DNA of 64,000 nucleotides from Candidatus Dormiibacterota bacterium (GTDB lineage Bacteria; Acidobacteriota; Terriglobia; Acidiferrales; UBA7541): NCBI GenBank assembly GCA_035603595.1, contig DATNKB010000353.1, positions 14,856 to 78,855 of the forward strand, read 5' to 3'. Shown piece by piece: positions 63,419 to 64,000 of this stretch (position 1 is its first letter; each line of letters starts with the position of its first letter). The notes under the pieces were generated by a model. It saw only the letters and a program-made list of their open reading frames with translations, ran no database searches and was not told where the DNA came from. The position numbers and the translations under genes were made by a program.

Positions 63419-64000
63419 AGTTTTGGCGAAGCACAGGCTCGACATTTCCCCGCAGTGGTTGTCTCGGGGCCCCGCCGCTCGGGAAAAACGACTCTCCTTG
63501 GCCACTTGTTTCCCAAAACCCACTACGTCCTCCTTGAAGATCCCGACATTCAGGGACGGATTCGCGGTGATCCGCGCACATTCCTCGATGAGCCGCGTCC
63601 TCCTATCCTATTCGACGAAATTCAGAATGCTCCCGAACTTCTCAGTTACGTGCCTACTCTCATCGATACGGCGCCCAGTCGCATGGGGCAGTGGCTATTC
63701 ACCGGATCGCAGGAAGCACCGCTGATGCAGGGGCATCACCGAGTCGATGGCTGGCCGGGCTGCTATTTTGCAACTTCTGCCTTTCAGTGTCACCGAGACT
63801 CCAAAGGTGAATATGCTTCACGGCGGTTTTCCAGAAGTTGTGGTTCGCCCGAAGTCTCGAGCACTTTGGTTTGCATCCTACTTTCAAACCTATTTGGAGC
63901 GAGACGTCCAATCAATCACAAACGTACGACACTTGGTCACCTTCCGTCGATTCATCGCACTACTGGCTAGCCGACACGGCCAAATTCTTAATAAGACCGA
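63419..64000 (+). pseudogene. AAA-type ATPase of the DUF4143 family, with an upstream in-frame stop and a +1 frameshift; runs off the right edge
   Basis: FPAVVVSGPRRSGKTTLLGHLFP...PPILFDEIQNAPELLSYV...LFTGSQEAPLMQG is in frame 63455. ITESMAGRAAILQLLPFSV...WFASYFQTYLERDVQSITNVRHLVTFRRFIALLASRHGQILN follows in the +1 frame after a G4 run (63730-63733). An in-frame TGA at 63416-63418 cuts off the expected N-terminus. Confidence 0.7.

Noticed and set aside
1-64000. A search by eye for CRISPR arrays, rRNA genes, intact tRNAs, and reverse transcriptase or DGR template/variable repeat pairs.
   Set aside because: I saw no regularly spaced 25-40-bp repeats, no rRNA-like conserved blocks, no complete cloverleaf and no RT motifs (YxDD). 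Without computation, short or degenerate elements could have been missed.

Overview
This 64-kb window looks like a moderately GC-rich soil-type bacterium. PEGA and carboxypeptidase-regulatory-like domains hint at Acidobacteria, but the taxon is only an inference. I found no rRNA, intact tRNA or CRISPR array. The window has four blocks.

(1) 1-11.6 kb: a GC-rich, translationally coupled operon of four very large + strand ORFs. The first runs off the left edge. I cannot assign them to any named family. This is my best candidate for an undescribed system.

(2) 11.7-22 kb: a visibly lower-GC patch. It begins at a 3' half of tRNA-Asn(GUU), which looks like an att remnant. It carries small phage/plasmid-type genes (HTH, HNH, frameshifted small phage proteins), a four-gene minus-strand operon with two paralogous bitopic coiled-coil membrane proteins, and a secreted Ser/Thr-rich beta protein.

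(3) 22.3-39.7 kb: a Tc (ABC) toxin locus on the minus strand in non-canonical order. A fused TcB-TcC (2501 aa) precedes TcA (3288 aa). The TcC hypervariable cargo carries all the motifs of an M14-type zinc carboxypeptidase.

(4) 40-64 kb: an accessory island. Intact secretable or effector-type enzymes are mixed with many decayed genes.
- Intact: a papain-fold protein with a duplicated N-domain; a signal-less phospholipase C family enzyme next to an Omp85-like barrel; a DUF2235/Tle1-like lipase; a DUF3380 muramidase; a DNase II homologue; a 1478-aa transmembrane P-loop NTPase.
- Decayed: an IS3 fragment, a frameshifted IS, an ABC-2 permease, a PEGA protein, a DUF4143 ATPase, a rearranged DUF2235 relic and a triple-hit membrane protein gene.

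All function calls rest on motif recognition by eye. No searches were run.
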